Assembly (NCBI GenBank): GCA_951813565.1
Contig: OX638351.1
Span: 992,001-1,056,000 of the forward strand
DNA length: 64,000 bases
Source: an uncultured Poribacteria bacterium
GTDB taxonomy: Bacteria; Poribacteria; WGA-4E; WGA-3G
Reading direction: 5' to 3'
Position 1 is the first letter of the stretch; the number at the start of each line of letters is the position of its first letter. Both the position numbers and the translations under genes were made by a program. Shown in pieces: positions 1 to 11,300 of the stretch. The notes below the pieces were generated by a model that searched no databases, was not told the DNA's origin, and saw only the letters and a list, made by a program, of their open reading frames with translations.

Positions 1-1281
1 TGTGCTACGCCTGGTGGTGGTTGTCAATTCTTAGGAACAGCGGCGACTTCGCAGGTTGTCGGTGAAGCGTTGGGAATGAGTTTAACGCATACAGCATTAG
101 CACCGTCTGGACAGAATATATGGTCGGATATGGGACTACGTTCCGCGCGTGCTGTCGTGAATTTAGCCGCGAAGGGTTTAGCAATGAAGGATATTGTTAC
201 ACCAGAGGCTATTCGGAATGCGATGGTCGTGCATGCTGCGTTTGGCGGTTCAACAAATCTGTTATTACACATTCCTGCGATTGCACATGCTGCGGGACTT
301 GAACGTCCCACAGTAGACGACTGGACTGAAGTCAACCAACAAGTTCCGCGTCTTGTTGATGTGTTGCCGAATGGACCGGTCGGACATCCTACAGTTCGTG
401 TTTTTCTTGCTGGCGGTGTGCCTGAAGTAATGCTGCACCTACGCAAATTAGGGGGTCTTCTCAACGAAGATGTTATTACTGTAACAGGTGAACCTCTCGG
501 GAACAATCTTGATTGGTGGGAAACTTCGGAACGGCGTAAGCGTGTACGTGAACTGCTTGAAGAAAAGGATAACGTTGCACCTGATGAAGTGATTTTGAGT
601 CCGGAAGCAGCAAAGGCAGCGAGTTTGACGAGTACTGTCACGTTTCCGCGCGGCAATCTTGCGCCAGAGGGTTCTGTTATTAAAAGCACTGCCATTGATC
701 CGAGTGTTGTTGATACAGATGGCGTGTATCGGATGACGGGACCGGCGCGTGTGTTTGTTCGGGAATCCGATGCGATACAGACACTTAAAGGTCAGGGTGA
801 GAGGGATATGAAGCCTGGAGATGTCATGGTGTTGTGTTGTCGTGGTCCGCAAGGTACAGGCATGGAGGAGGTATACCAAGTTACATCGGCACTCAAACAC
901 CTGTCATTTGGGAAACATATCGCCTTGATTACAGATGCGCGTTTTTCGGGTGTTTCGACAGGTGCCTGTATTGGACATGTTGGACCGGAAGCACTTGCAG
1001 ATGGACCTATCGGGAAAGTGCTTGATGGCGACATAATTCAGATAGAGATTGATACTCGACGATTGATAGGAAGCATTGATCTGGTAGGACATGGTACTGA
1101 GCAGTTCGGAGCGGAGGCAGGTGAACGTGTTTTAGCAGAACGACAACCGCGTCCAGACCTTTCGCCTGACGAAGCGTTACCTGACGATACGCGGCTGTGG
1201 GCAGCGTTGCAATCTGTTGGTGGCGGCACATGGGGTGGTTGTGTCTACGATGTTGATGCGATTCTGAATGCGTTAAAATAG
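1..1281 (+). CDS. IlvD/Edd-family dehydratase, YjhG/YagF-like (xylonate dehydratase-like), 5'-truncated by the window edge
   Basis: Frame open from base 1 ([18 protein letters not shown]). Motifs [16 protein letters not shown] and TDARFSG...IGHVGPEA. Confidence 0.85.
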   Translation, partial: CATPGGGCQFLGTAATSQVVGEALGMSLTHTALAPSGQNIWSDMGLRSARAVVNLAAKGLAMKDIVTPEAIRNAMVVHAAFGGSTNLLLHIPAIAHAAGLERPTVDDWTEVNQQVPRLVDVLPNGPVGHPTVRVFLAGGVPEVMLHLRKLGGLLNEDVITVTGEPLGNNLDWWETSERRKRVRELLEEKDNVAPDEVILSPEAAKAASLTSTVTFPRGNLAPEGSVIKSTAIDPSVVDTDGVYRMTGPARVFVRESDAIQTLKGQGERDMKPGDVMVLCCRGPQGTGMEEVYQVTSALKHLSFGKHIALITDARFSGVSTGACIGHVGPEALADGPIGKVLDGDIIQIEIDTRRLIGSIDLVGHGTEQFGAEAGERVLAERQPRPDLSPDEALPDDTRLWAALQSVGGGTWGGCVYDVDAILNALK

Positions 1282-1303
1282 AGACGACTTTGGCGAATTT
1301 GCC

Positions 1304-1684
1304 ATGAAAATTTTGAAATTTTGGGCACCACCATTACTTTATATGGCACTTATTTTTGTCATTTCGTCTTTGGAACAACCGCCACTCCCGATGCCAAAGT
1401 TTGAGTGGTTAACAATTGACAAACTCTACCATTTTGTTGAATACGGTATCCTCAGTGTGTTGCTGGCTATGGCGTTTGTGAATGCCCCGCCGAAATGGTT
1501 GCCAGCAAATTGGATATGGGTTGTAGCTGCGCTCATCTCAATTCTCTACGGTGCAAGTGATGAATTGCATCAGATGTTTGTACCCGGCAGATTCGCTACG
1601 ATCGCAGATTGGGTTTCTGATGTGATCGGATCTGTTGCAGGTGTTTTGGGAGTTTATCTCTATTACAAAAAAAGAAATAATTGA
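1304..1684 (+). CDS. VanZ-family membrane protein
   Basis: DKLYHFVEYGIL and DELHQMFVPGR..TIADW motifs; hydrophobic helices. Confidence 0.85.
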   Translation: MKILKFWAPPLLYMALIFVISSLEQPPLPMPKFEWLTIDKLYHFVEYGILSVLLAMAFVNAPPKWLPANWIWVVAALISILYGASDELHQMFVPGRFATIADWVSDVIGSVAGVLGVYLYYKKRNN

Positions 1685-1709
1685 TTTTTCATATCAAGAA
1701 GGAATTAAC

Positions 1710-2501
1710 ATGCATCCACTTGTTGACTTGAAAGTGTCAGAAGGTTCTATTGCTGTTCATTGGTTTGAGCAGAGTAGTTTTGCCCTGAAAGATTCGAATA
1801 ATACTATCGTTCAAATTGATCCTTATTTTCCGCGGAACCGTCCATCGGACCGCTTTATCCACACCGAATCTCCGTTGGATGAGTCTGAACTTCCAACAGA
1901 TTTTGTGTTATTGACACATGCACACGGTGACCATACATGTCCAGAATCCATAAACCGAATTTGGAGTACTTCTAATGCGACCGGATTTATTGGACCGGAA
2001 GAGAGCGTTCGCCAAATCTCATCAGAAACAGACGTTGCTGCTGATAAAGTTTCAGAAATTCGTGCTGGAGAATCTGCGGAACTCAACGGTCTGACCGGGC
2101 ATGCCGTTTATGCAAAACCACCTGCGGGGGACCCGTCTGCTGACATAGGTCCACCTGATGTTACGCACTTGGGATATGTCATCGTTAGTGATAGTGTGAC
2201 GCTTTACTTTAGTGGCGATCCGATTAATAACTTTGCGGAGCATGACAATCTAATTTCTGCGGTGGCAGCATATAATCCGGATATCGGTTTCTTGACAAAT
2301 CATCCGACTGAGGGTGAGTTTCCGTTTTACGATGGATGCGTTAAAATGGCAACGCGCATCGGTTTGAAACACGCGGTCCCGGTGCATCGTGCGTGTTTTG
2401 TTACTCGCGATTATGATCCAGCGGAGTGGGCATCAAACTTTCCAGCGGATGGTCCCGAACCGCTTATTATTGAGCGAAACACACATATTATTTATTCATA
2501 A
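1710..2501 (+). CDS. MBL-fold metallo-hydrolase (UlaG-like)
   Basis: THAHGDH metal motif, IDPY, YFSGD. ATG at 1710 follows AAGGA. Confidence 0.8.
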   Translation: MHPLVDLKVSEGSIAVHWFEQSSFALKDSNNTIVQIDPYFPRNRPSDRFIHTESPLDESELPTDFVLLTHAHGDHTCPESINRIWSTSNATGFIGPEESVRQISSETDVAADKVSEIRAGESAELNGLTGHAVYAKPPAGDPSADIGPPDVTHLGYVIVSDSVTLYFSGDPINNFAEHDNLISAVAAYNPDIGFLTNHPTEGEFPFYDGCVKMATRIGLKHAVPVHRACFVTRDYDPAEWASNFPADGPEPLIIERNTHIIYS

Positions 2502-2543
2502 GGAAAATAGTTGGAGTAAGATATAATTAATCAATAATCAACG

Positions 2544-2882
2544 ATGCGTACAACACATCCACAAGAAATACGAGTCTACCAGACCCCAAATGGTCGAGAA
2601 CCTTTTAATGAGTGGTTGAATTCAATTCGAGATACAAACACACAAGATCGGATTCAGGCAAGGCTTGCGCGTCTTGAAGATGGTAATTTTGGGGATTGCC
2701 GATCTGTTGGTGTGGGTGTCTTTGAGTTACGAATACACTTTGGAGCAGGTTATAGAATCTATTTTGGACAGGTTGGTAACACAATCGTTCTTTTACTCTG
2801 TGGTGGTGACAAATCATCACAAACACGAGATATTGAACTTGCAAAAACTTATTGGTTAGAATATAAGAGGGAACATCTATGA
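2544..2882 (+). CDS. Type II TA toxin, RelE/ParE (HigB-like addiction module killer)
   Basis: GNFGDCRSVGVGVFELRIHFGAGYRIYF...LLLCGGDKSSQ signature. Confidence 0.9.
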   Translation: MRTTHPQEIRVYQTPNGREPFNEWLNSIRDTNTQDRIQARLARLEDGNFGDCRSVGVGVFELRIHFGAGYRIYFGQVGNTIVLLLCGGDKSSQTRDIELAKTYWLEYKREHL

Positions 2883-3268
2883 GAAAAATGAGAACGTGGC
2901 GTGAATGTCTCATTGAACGAGTTGCCAACCGAGAAAGGGCAATTGGCTATCTACAAGCAATCCTTGAGGACTACCAAATCTATAAGAGTCCTACTGTAGT
3001 GTTAAAAGCCCTTCAGACGGTCGTTGAAGCGCAAGGTGGTGTTGTTGAACTTGCAAAGCAGGTGGATATGGATCCACAAGTTTTTTCGAAAATGCTATCC
3101 AACAAGGATATGCCTCTGATTGACACACTTGGGATTGTACTTAAGGCACTTGGATATCAACTCTCGATTCAACCGATAGAATCTGAAAACCCGAATCTTG
3201 AAACTTATATTGATGCTTTAAAGGATCAAAACACATCAACACATGTGGCAGAAAATTCAATCGATTAG
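2879..3268 (+). CDS. Addiction module antidote (HTH antitoxin)
   Basis: ATGA overlap with the toxin; AQGGVVELAKQV...VLKALG HTH pattern. Confidence 0.8.
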   Translation: MRKMRTWRECLIERVANRERAIGYLQAILEDYQIYKSPTVVLKALQTVVEAQGGVVELAKQVDMDPQVFSKMLSNKDMPLIDTLGIVLKALGYQLSIQPIESENPNLETYIDALKDQNTSTHVAENSID

Positions 3269-3343
3269 CAACAAAGGTTAAGTAAAATGCATCTGAGGAT
3301 TTTTAGATTGATTGTAAATTGAGTTTCACTTTTTAATCAACCC

Positions 3344-3377
3344 GCTGAATGCCATACGCGCATTCGGTGTTGATCTA
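3344..3377 (+). repeat. 34-bp hairpin mini-element (copy 1)
   Basis: GCTGAATGC-CATACGC-GCATTCGGT-GTTGATCTA; same layout as the copies at 14683 and 30016. Confidence 0.65.
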
Positions 3378-3401
3378 CTACATTTGAGGTACAGAACAGA
3401 T

Positions 3402-3929
3402 ATGTCTCTACAAGAACAAAAAACACCCCTTGTCGGTATTGTGATGGGGAGTGATTCCGATTTAGAGAAGATGGCGGAAGCCGCGAAGGTTTTAGAGGAT
3501 TTTGAAGTGCCGTTTGAGATAACGATTTCTTCGGCACACCGTTCACCAGAAAGAACGATGGCGTGGACAGAAAAGATTAAAGCAGAAGGTGGTAAGGTAA
3601 TTATCGCCGGTGCGGGACGTGCAGCACATCTGGCAGGTGTTATTGCTGCACATACAACGTTGCCAGTTATCGGTGTGCCAGTTGATGGCGGACCACTCAA
3701 CGGTGTTGATGCGCTGTATGCGACGGTGCAGATGCCACCCGGCATTCCTGTCGGAACGATGGCGATTGGATCGGGTGGTGCAAGAAATGCGGGGATATTC
3801 GCAGTGCAGATTCTGGTACTTGAATTTCCTGAATTAGAAGAAAAACTACTCGCCTACAAGAAGAAAATGAGTGATGGCGTTGCAGAGAAGGCAGCACGTC
3901 TCCAAGAAGTGGGTTATCAGAATTATTAG
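3402..3929 (+). CDS. purE: N5-CAIR mutase
   Basis: MGSDSD, SAHRSP, AGRAAHLAG and VQMPPGIPV motifs. Confidence 0.97.
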   Translation: MSLQEQKTPLVGIVMGSDSDLEKMAEAAKVLEDFEVPFEITISSAHRSPERTMAWTEKIKAEGGKVIIAGAGRAAHLAGVIAAHTTLPVIGVPVDGGPLNGVDALYATVQMPPGIPVGTMAIGSGGARNAGIFAVQILVLEFPELEEKLLAYKKKMSDGVAEKAARLQEVGYQNY

Positions 3930-3953
3930 GTGTTGTAAACTTTGGAAATCATT

Positions 3954-4637
3954 ATGGAAACCGAAGAAAATAGACAGTGGGAAAACGATACGGAACTATT
4001 TGATATGATGGAGGAGCAGTTATATGCTGCTGTAATTTCGGATGCATTGGACGCAGCTGGATTACGCAAGCAGACACTGCGACATACTATCCGTCCGTTG
4101 CTTCCTGAGACAGTTGTTGTTGGTCGGGCAATGCCTGTGCTGTGTCTGGATGTTTATGAGATTCCTGACGAACCGTATCAACAGGAAATTGCAGCAGTGG
4201 ATAGCCTAAAACAGGACGATGTGCTTATCTGCTCAACTAATGGGAGTACCCGTATCTGCTTTTGGGGAGAGCTTCTTTCAACGGCAGCACGGGCGCGCGG
4301 TGCGCGTGGTGCCGTTATTGATGGGTTCATCCGTGATGTACGTAAGATTATGGCGATGCGGTTTCCTCTATTTACGACCGGAATATCGCCAGTAGATTCT
4401 AACGGACGCGGAGAAGTGGTGGCATACAACGTGCCTATTGAATGTGGTGGTGTTACAGTGAATCCTGGTGATATTGTGTTCGGTGATGCGGATGGTGTAG
4501 TTATTATCCCACAAGCGGTGGAAACGCAGATAATTGCGGCTGCATTAGAGAAGGTGCGCGGTGAAAACCGTACCCGTGATGCGCTTAAAGAAGGTGCAAC
4601 GCTCCGTGAAGTTTATGATAAGTATGGGATTCTGTAA
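3954..4637 (+). CDS. RraA/HMG-aldolase family protein
   Basis: ISDALD, WGELLS, DGFIRD and PGDIVFGDADGVV motifs. Confidence 0.85.
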   Translation: METEENRQWENDTELFDMMEEQLYAAVISDALDAAGLRKQTLRHTIRPLLPETVVVGRAMPVLCLDVYEIPDEPYQQEIAAVDSLKQDDVLICSTNGSTRICFWGELLSTAARARGARGAVIDGFIRDVRKIMAMRFPLFTTGISPVDSNGRGEVVAYNVPIECGGVTVNPGDIVFGDADGVVIIPQAVETQIIAAALEKVRGENRTRDALKEGATLREVYDKYGIL

Positions 4638-4661
4638 TAGCACACCAAATCAGAATCGGAT

Positions 4662-4685
4662 GTCGGGGTTACAAACCCCTCCAAC
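4662..4685. repeat. REP-like palindrome (uninterrupted form)
   Basis: GTCGGGGTTACAAACCCCTCCAAC; related copies near 14633 and 30001 are split by the mini-element. Confidence 0.6.
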
Positions 4686-4707
4686 AAGAAACATAAGGAA
4701 GAAATAG

Positions 4708-5037
4708 ATGATTTATGAGTTGCGGACGTATCAAGTTGTACCGGGGAAGATGAAGAATCTGAATGACCGGTTTGCAAATATCACGTTGCCGTTGTTTGAG
4801 AAATACAATATGAAGGTTATCGGATTTTGGGAGACTGCCATCGGTGAGGCGACGACCACGGAGTTGGTTTATCTGCTTGCTTTTGAAGATTTGGGACATT
4901 ATCAACGGGCATGGGATGCTTTCATCGCTGATCCTGAATGGCAGGCGGCAAAACGTCTCACAGAAATAGGTGGCCCGTTAGTTAACGTGGTGAGTAATAA
5001 GATCCTTGAACCGACAGATTATTCACCGTTGCAATAA
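4708..5037 (+). CDS. NIPSNAP family protein
   Basis: IYELRTY start, AWDAFIADPEW, LEPTDYSPLQ end. Confidence 0.9.
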   Translation: MIYELRTYQVVPGKMKNLNDRFANITLPLFEKYNMKVIGFWETAIGEATTTELVYLLAFEDLGHYQRAWDAFIADPEWQAAKRLTEIGGPLVNVVSNKILEPTDYSPLQ

Positions 5038-5084
5038 AAAATCTACACAATTATAGTGAATTTTATGCCAATTCTAATAAATAA

Positions 5085-5233
5085 AATACCATTACGAAGA
5101 TTCTATGAGATTTTGAAACTTATCTTATGTTGAATGTCCGAGGCGCAATGAATTGCGCTTGGTGAATGTGCGTCCGACATTCACATTAAACGCGTTTTTT
5201 GTAAATGGGAAGTTATAATTTAGAAATGGTATT
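5085..5233. mobile_element. Putative MITE (AATACCATT/AATGGTATT ends)
   Basis: 9-bp terminal inverted repeat; internal palindrome GCGCAATGAATTGCGC. Confidence 0.45.
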
Positions 5234-5257
5234 ACAATAAACGATACAATTTTGATC

Positions 5258-5282
5258 GGCGCGCTTAGAAAGCGCGCCTACC
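5258..5282. repeat. GTAG-type REP palindrome
   Basis: GGCGCGCTTAGAAAGCGCGCC-TACC; relatives near 43370 and at 63864. Confidence 0.65.
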
Positions 5283-5304
5283 AGCAGATGTCTACATATT
5301 CTTA

Positions 5305-8300
5305 TTAGCGTAAGATAGCGAGCTTTCCAATCTTTTCTACTGTGCCATTCTCAATGTGGGCAATCACACGGTAGAGATATACGCCATTGGCGCAGCGAAT
5401 CCCTGTCTCATCTTTTCCATCCCAATAGGTTTCATTGTTCCCCCGATTTGCACTTGCTTCTGTGATCGTCCGAATCAATCTACCACTCACCGTATATATT
5501 TTTATGGTAACCTTATCCGGTGGTTGTGCCAACTGGTAGGTGAAGAAGGTTTTGCCATTTTCCACGGGATTTGGCACGTTAAAGACTTCAGTGAGGGTGA
5601 CTGATTCGTCAAGGGTGAAGACTGCTTCAAGATCAGTTGTGTTTTCGCTCGTATCTGTAGCGGTTACCTGTAGGCGATACGTGCCGTTTGGAAGATCAGG
5701 TGCAAAACTAAAATTCGCAGTTTCAGGACTTTCAACATCAAATTCCCATGTTGCCATATCAAATTCGCGATAACGTTGTGTTGCATCGCTCACATCAATC
5801 TGGTTGAATGTGATGTTGAGGAGAGAACCATCAAGTGCTGTTTCATCAGTAACTCGAATTTCACAGTGGGGTTGCTGTGTGATGCGGTTTTTACCTATAT
5901 TTTTCAGTTCCCCCAGAGAATTAGCGTCAGAAACTTCTCCAACAAGGATTTCATCGTTTACAAGAATTTCAACGACAGGTGAGGTGACATCAGGCATTTC
6001 GATTACAATGAATCGGGTTTGGATTTTCTCTGCTTCTCCACCAATTGCGTTCCCATTAAAATCGCGCGCTTCAATTTCAAAAGCGTACTCACCGGGAAAA
6101 AGAATTGGTTTGTAGTCAATTGGAACAGTATTAACGTCCTTTGGATTTCGAAGGGTGTAGTCAGAAATCGGTTTAAGCGGTTTGCCGTTATCCCCTCTAC
6201 GGATAATTAGCGTATCAAGGTTTACACCATCGGTATCTTCAAGTAAGATGGAGATATGTGGACGCGGGGCGATAACGCTACCGGTTTGTGGTTTCACGCC
6301 ATCTACCCATAGGTTGAAAGTAGGTGGTTTTGCGTCATCACTGCTTATAAGGGTGAAAGGCGTAAGTTCGGTTGTTTGTGCGGTAATGGTTCCAACTTGT
6401 GCGCTACTGAATTTGATCTTATCTCCGAATTGAAAGGGTTCAGAACCGGTTGTGACAAGTATCTCAAAACCGAGATGGCTGACAAATAGGGTTTTATTAA
6501 CTTTTTCACGCACAGGTTCTTCATTCGAGAAAAAGAGTGGTTCTCCGGTCTTATCACGGAGTTCATAAAAATCGGAGGATAGAAAAAAGATAAACCACTC
6601 CCCTTCGGTGAATTCTTGATCAGGATCGGTTCCTGCTTTGACAGTTGCTGTGCCGTTGCCGATATTTTGATTTCGTGTCCCTTTTAAAAATGCCTTACCT
6701 TCTGAATAATCGGTTTCAAATATGAGGATATCTGCAAATTCAAAGGGGACAATTGGGGTGTCGTCATCAAGTTCTGGTGGTACTACCCAGTTTTTGGGGA
6801 TAGTGAATTCGATACCGTAATTTTCTTCCCGAAAAGGGATATCAAGTTGTCCGGGATTATCAAATTTCTCAAAAGTGGGAAGATGTTTCCTTTTTAGGTA
6901 TACCGCATATTGGGTTGGATCTAAAAACAAGATAACCCAGATTCCAGCAGGTGTCAGCTCTGGACTGATTTTGATGTTTTCAATCGGAAACGGTTGTCTA
7001 TTCGCATTTTCGGTTTGAATAGGTGTGACGTAGTTTTCAAGTTGGAATATTGGTTTATCATCTTCAGGTTTCGGTTTTTCGGTTCCAGTGGTATAACTAA
7101 CTTGTGATGGGAGTCGTTTCCATTTTTCGTAAGAGGGGTGCCATGCGTAAATACCGAGTTTTTCGGCTTCTTCGATTAAAGCTGCCCTAAAATCTTTGCT
7201 GTTCTCTTGCCACGGCGTATTTTCTCTAACAATATCCTCCAAACCGCTAACATCAAAACGTAGTTTGAGGGTTGCGGGTTTTATCAGTGTGATATCGGAT
7301 GCACGAAAAGACACCTCGTACTGTTGGGAGCGTTCCTCACCAGTGCGAAGCAAACCTCTTCGTAGTGCAGCGACGCGCGGAATTGAGGCAAAACGTAAGG
7401 ATGGTTGTGTTAAACCGAACGGTGCGTTTGAAGAAATCGTAAGTGGAATCCGCACACCTTGTACTGTTGCTGCCGAAGCAGGAATTTCAAAGTCAAAAAC
7501 CCTATCAAGGCTGAATGCTTCCAAAGGTTCTGGCGGTTCATAGAAGAATTCGTTAACGATGAAAGTAATGTTAAGCATGTTATCAAATTCACTCGGTTCT
7601 GCAATATTACCTTTAATGTCATCGGTGGTAGTGTCTATCTCTGGGTCAACCAGTACATAAATTTTATGTACACCAGTGGCGAGATTTTCTTCTAACTTAA
7701 GTGTCACAACGGTTCGCTGTAAGACTGTGTCACCTTCTTGCCAATCGTCAGGGTTGAGTGTGATACTTCCTAAAATTTCGGCACCCTCGTCGATTTGGAG
7801 ATCGCCACCTACATCGGGATTGCCTTCCGAAAAAACGACTTCAATGTCTGTTTTGACTGTTCTTCCACCGTCGTTAATAAGTTCAGCGATGAGGATATAT
7901 TTTCCTGTATTTTTATCGAAAGTATAACGAATCGGTGCGGTGCTGGTTCCGTCTGTAGCAATAGCGATGTTTGGTCCCTCTGGCACATCAACTTCGTTCC
8001 GCTTATTTGCTGATGGGTATACGACCTCTATACCGCTGCTGTCGGTAACGTAGATGCGATATCGTATCTTTCCACCACCCAAAGGTAAAAGGATAGGTGT
8101 TTGGAGGTGGTACCATTGTCCATCTTCAGGGAGTTCCGATCCGGGGGGCGGCTCAGTTTTGACCATAGGCGTGGTATGATTTTTGTAATTTATCGTATCA
8201 TTCCAATCTACATAAATAGAACGAATACCTTTGTCAGCACCAAGGTCATCAATAACAAGTACTTGGACGTTGAGCGCATGGGTCTCTATCGCATCTAAAT

Positions 8301-11300
8301 CTTCACGTATATCTGCGATAATCGGCGTATCTACCCAGAATGTGGCCCCACCTAACGCTGAACGTTTAGCATCATAGGCAAACATTCGCACGAAACCTCT
8401 GCCTGGTAAGGCATTGGATGGGATTTTCAACTGTATTCTTCCATATTCACCTTGCCATACTCTGCCTTGTGTACTGCGTTCAGTAAAATCATTTTGCAAA
8501 TCATCATCAAAGTGATTTTGGAAAATGGCGGAAGCGATGAGTTTCTCTGGGCTAAAATTTTCTGCTTTCCACCATGTGCGGTTTGTGTCATAAGTTCCAA
8601 CTTCATTGTTCGTTATGGTAATCTGCTTGTTGGAATTAAGCGCGATGTCTTCCAATTCAACCTGTATATCAAGGGTAGGCAGTGCAAGTCGTGTTGCGGG
8701 GTCACCAAAAAGGATGTATTGTTCTGTTCCGGGAACCCATTGCGAGTTATTGCTTCTGGTGATGAATCTTATTTTAGCATCAGTGACGATCTTGCCGATA
8801 CTCGGTTGAGATGCTTTGATTTCAAATTGCCCTTGCTTTGCCTCAAAAGGTTCGCGCACAAACATAGTAGTGAAGAGGTCTTCATCAAATTGGGCGTTTG
8901 CTGTAGCGTATGTCAGTCTTGATGCGGAAAGCGATGCAATGGCGCCGTATTTTCCAAGTAAAAGTTGTTCGCTGAGACTGTGTGAGCCAAATTGTTGGGG
9001 TTTATCAAATTTTCCATTCAAACATGTTGTTGCCACAACAAAAGGGAGATAGCGGTTGCGTAAATCGGTGGCATCATCAACGTGGAAGATACCTTCATCT
9101 GCCCATGTATGTATTCCACCGTGCCCTGCATATTCAATAACTAACGCACCATCACTGAATGCTCTTAGGATACGTTTTTTAGTTTCGGCGACGTACTTTT
9201 TTTCGTATTCTTCTTGTATTCGTATTTTTCGGAGATAAATTTGTTTCGTGTTATAACCCACTGGGATGATTTGTTGGATCAGTTTGTCCCGGGAAGTTTC
9301 AAAAGTCTCATCAGAGGGGTTGTTTAATTCGTCATCTGCTACTTGGACAAGTGTTGCTTGCCATGGACCAATTTTAGGGTTCTCTTCGTAGTCAATAATC
9401 TTTTGGATAATCCCTGTAAGTTCTTGAGGTGTTTGTACTGATAACCTCCCGATGAGCATATCAGGAAGTGCATCATCTCCGACTATGTTAACGAACCTTT
9501 GGTCCATGGCGGTTTCACCACTTTCTGGTGCCCATCCGTGGTAAGTGGGAACAAAATTCGGGTAGAGGTCGTATGTTGCGTAGAGTTGTTTAGTAACCTG
9601 TTTATAGTCGTAATGGGCATCACCCACGAGCAAAACATAAGTAGGTGCCGGGGATTGCCACGTCTGATATGCAATGCGGAGAAATGTCCGGATTGCAAAC
9701 GGATTGAAGATTCCTCCGCTAAATTCATCGTAGATTTCATCTATATCCACAACTTTGACTGTTAACCCTTGCGAACGTCTAAAATCAGCTAAAGGTTGAA
9801 CGCTCTCTATAAACGTTTTATGCGTAACCACAATGTAATCGGCTTGTGTTGTAGAATTTCGCAAATCACTTGGCGGGACTTCAGTAAGCACGTTGACGAT
9901 TCGATAGTCATGGTTTGCAATAACAAAGTAATTGGTGTATTGCGTTACGTCATCTTCAAACAGAATTTGGTAAGAGTTGCCACCACCCGTTACCTTTCCA
10001 TCAATAAGTTTTGCTGCTAAACCGCTTGAATTCAGCTTATAAACATCTATTGTCTCGGTCTGAAAGTTGCTTACTTTAAAATGCGTTTTCCCGCTAACCT
10101 CTGGCTCAGTTTCTGAATTAAACTCAAGCCGATTATTTTTTGCGCGAAAATTGTGCCAATATTCAAACTCATACCAATCAAGGTAGAAATCATACGAACC
10201 TCCCGGGGAGTCGTTCTCATCACGGGCATCAATCCGCAATTCATTTGGCTCATCATCGTGGATCCGATTCTGGGGGATATTACGTGCAATTAGAACGGAC
10301 TCCTGCCGTAGCCATTCCTCTTCTCGACCAAGTTGTTTACTACCATCATTAGTATTAAAATAGAAAACTGCCTTATGTTTTGCTGCATTTTTACGAGAGG
10401 CACCCTGGAGTTTCACACGAAGTATAGCATCTCGTTCAAAATTAATATCGCGTGGCACAGCTCCTGGTAACTCTACTGAAAACTTTTTCGTACTTATACC
10501 AGAATTGCCTCCTCTGAAACCCGTCCAGAAATAGTGATCCGCCAATTCGGATTTTACATTACGTCCGTCAAGTGGATCGTGCAATCTGTTTTCCTCAAAC
10601 CGTAATTTTGTAAAAAAAGCATCTGGCGGCGTGATATCGCGGGTAACAGGTGCGCCCGACCGTGTGCCGATTCGGAATGTGTTACTTACTTCTGGTTCAC
10701 CTACCGCATTTTCTGTGCCTTTTGGAACAAAACTAAACCAATAGAAGTTAGTATCTGTGAATTTATTACTAATAGCGCGTGCGTAGAAGACAATCATATC
10801 TTCTTGATCAAACGTTTCATTTTGATTTTCATCAAAAATATAGAATCCCTGCTCTCTTCCACTTGTTTCTATTCGGATGCTGTTCAAATCAATAGTTTCA
10901 GGTGTAATACCAGATGAACTGAGTCTGTTGTAAGTGATGCGATACATAGTGGTTTCTGTAATGGGCGTTTTAAAACGTCTCCGATTTGAGGCTGGGACAG
11001 CGGGCGCGGCTTGAATTTGCATCCGAGATGTTCCATCACCTCTTCGGCGCCAAGAGGATGCTTGAGTGTTGTTAATTAGCATCGTCTGATACAGATTTTC
11101 GTAAGCAGTGCTATCAAGAAAGTGGGTGGATAAGGGAACAGCGGTATCTATTGGGGCGCCGTAAAAATCGATTCGGAATGTGATGTCATGGGTAATTTTT
11201 ATCTGTTGTGTTGTGCTGTTGTATTGTACCGGATGGATATGTAATGCGCCGACGCGTTGTGATCGGACAAAACCGACCGGGACGACCTTTATCGTTTCAG

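Noticed and set aside
24..695. Long antisense or overlapping ORFs in the track (e.g. 24-695, 16351-16884, 49655-50236, 50867-51451)
   Set aside because: Shadows of well-supported genes with no recognisable motifs.
2544..3268. TA pair as part of a defence island or prophage
   Set aside because: Isolated ordinary module among housekeeping genes; no integrase or phage genes.
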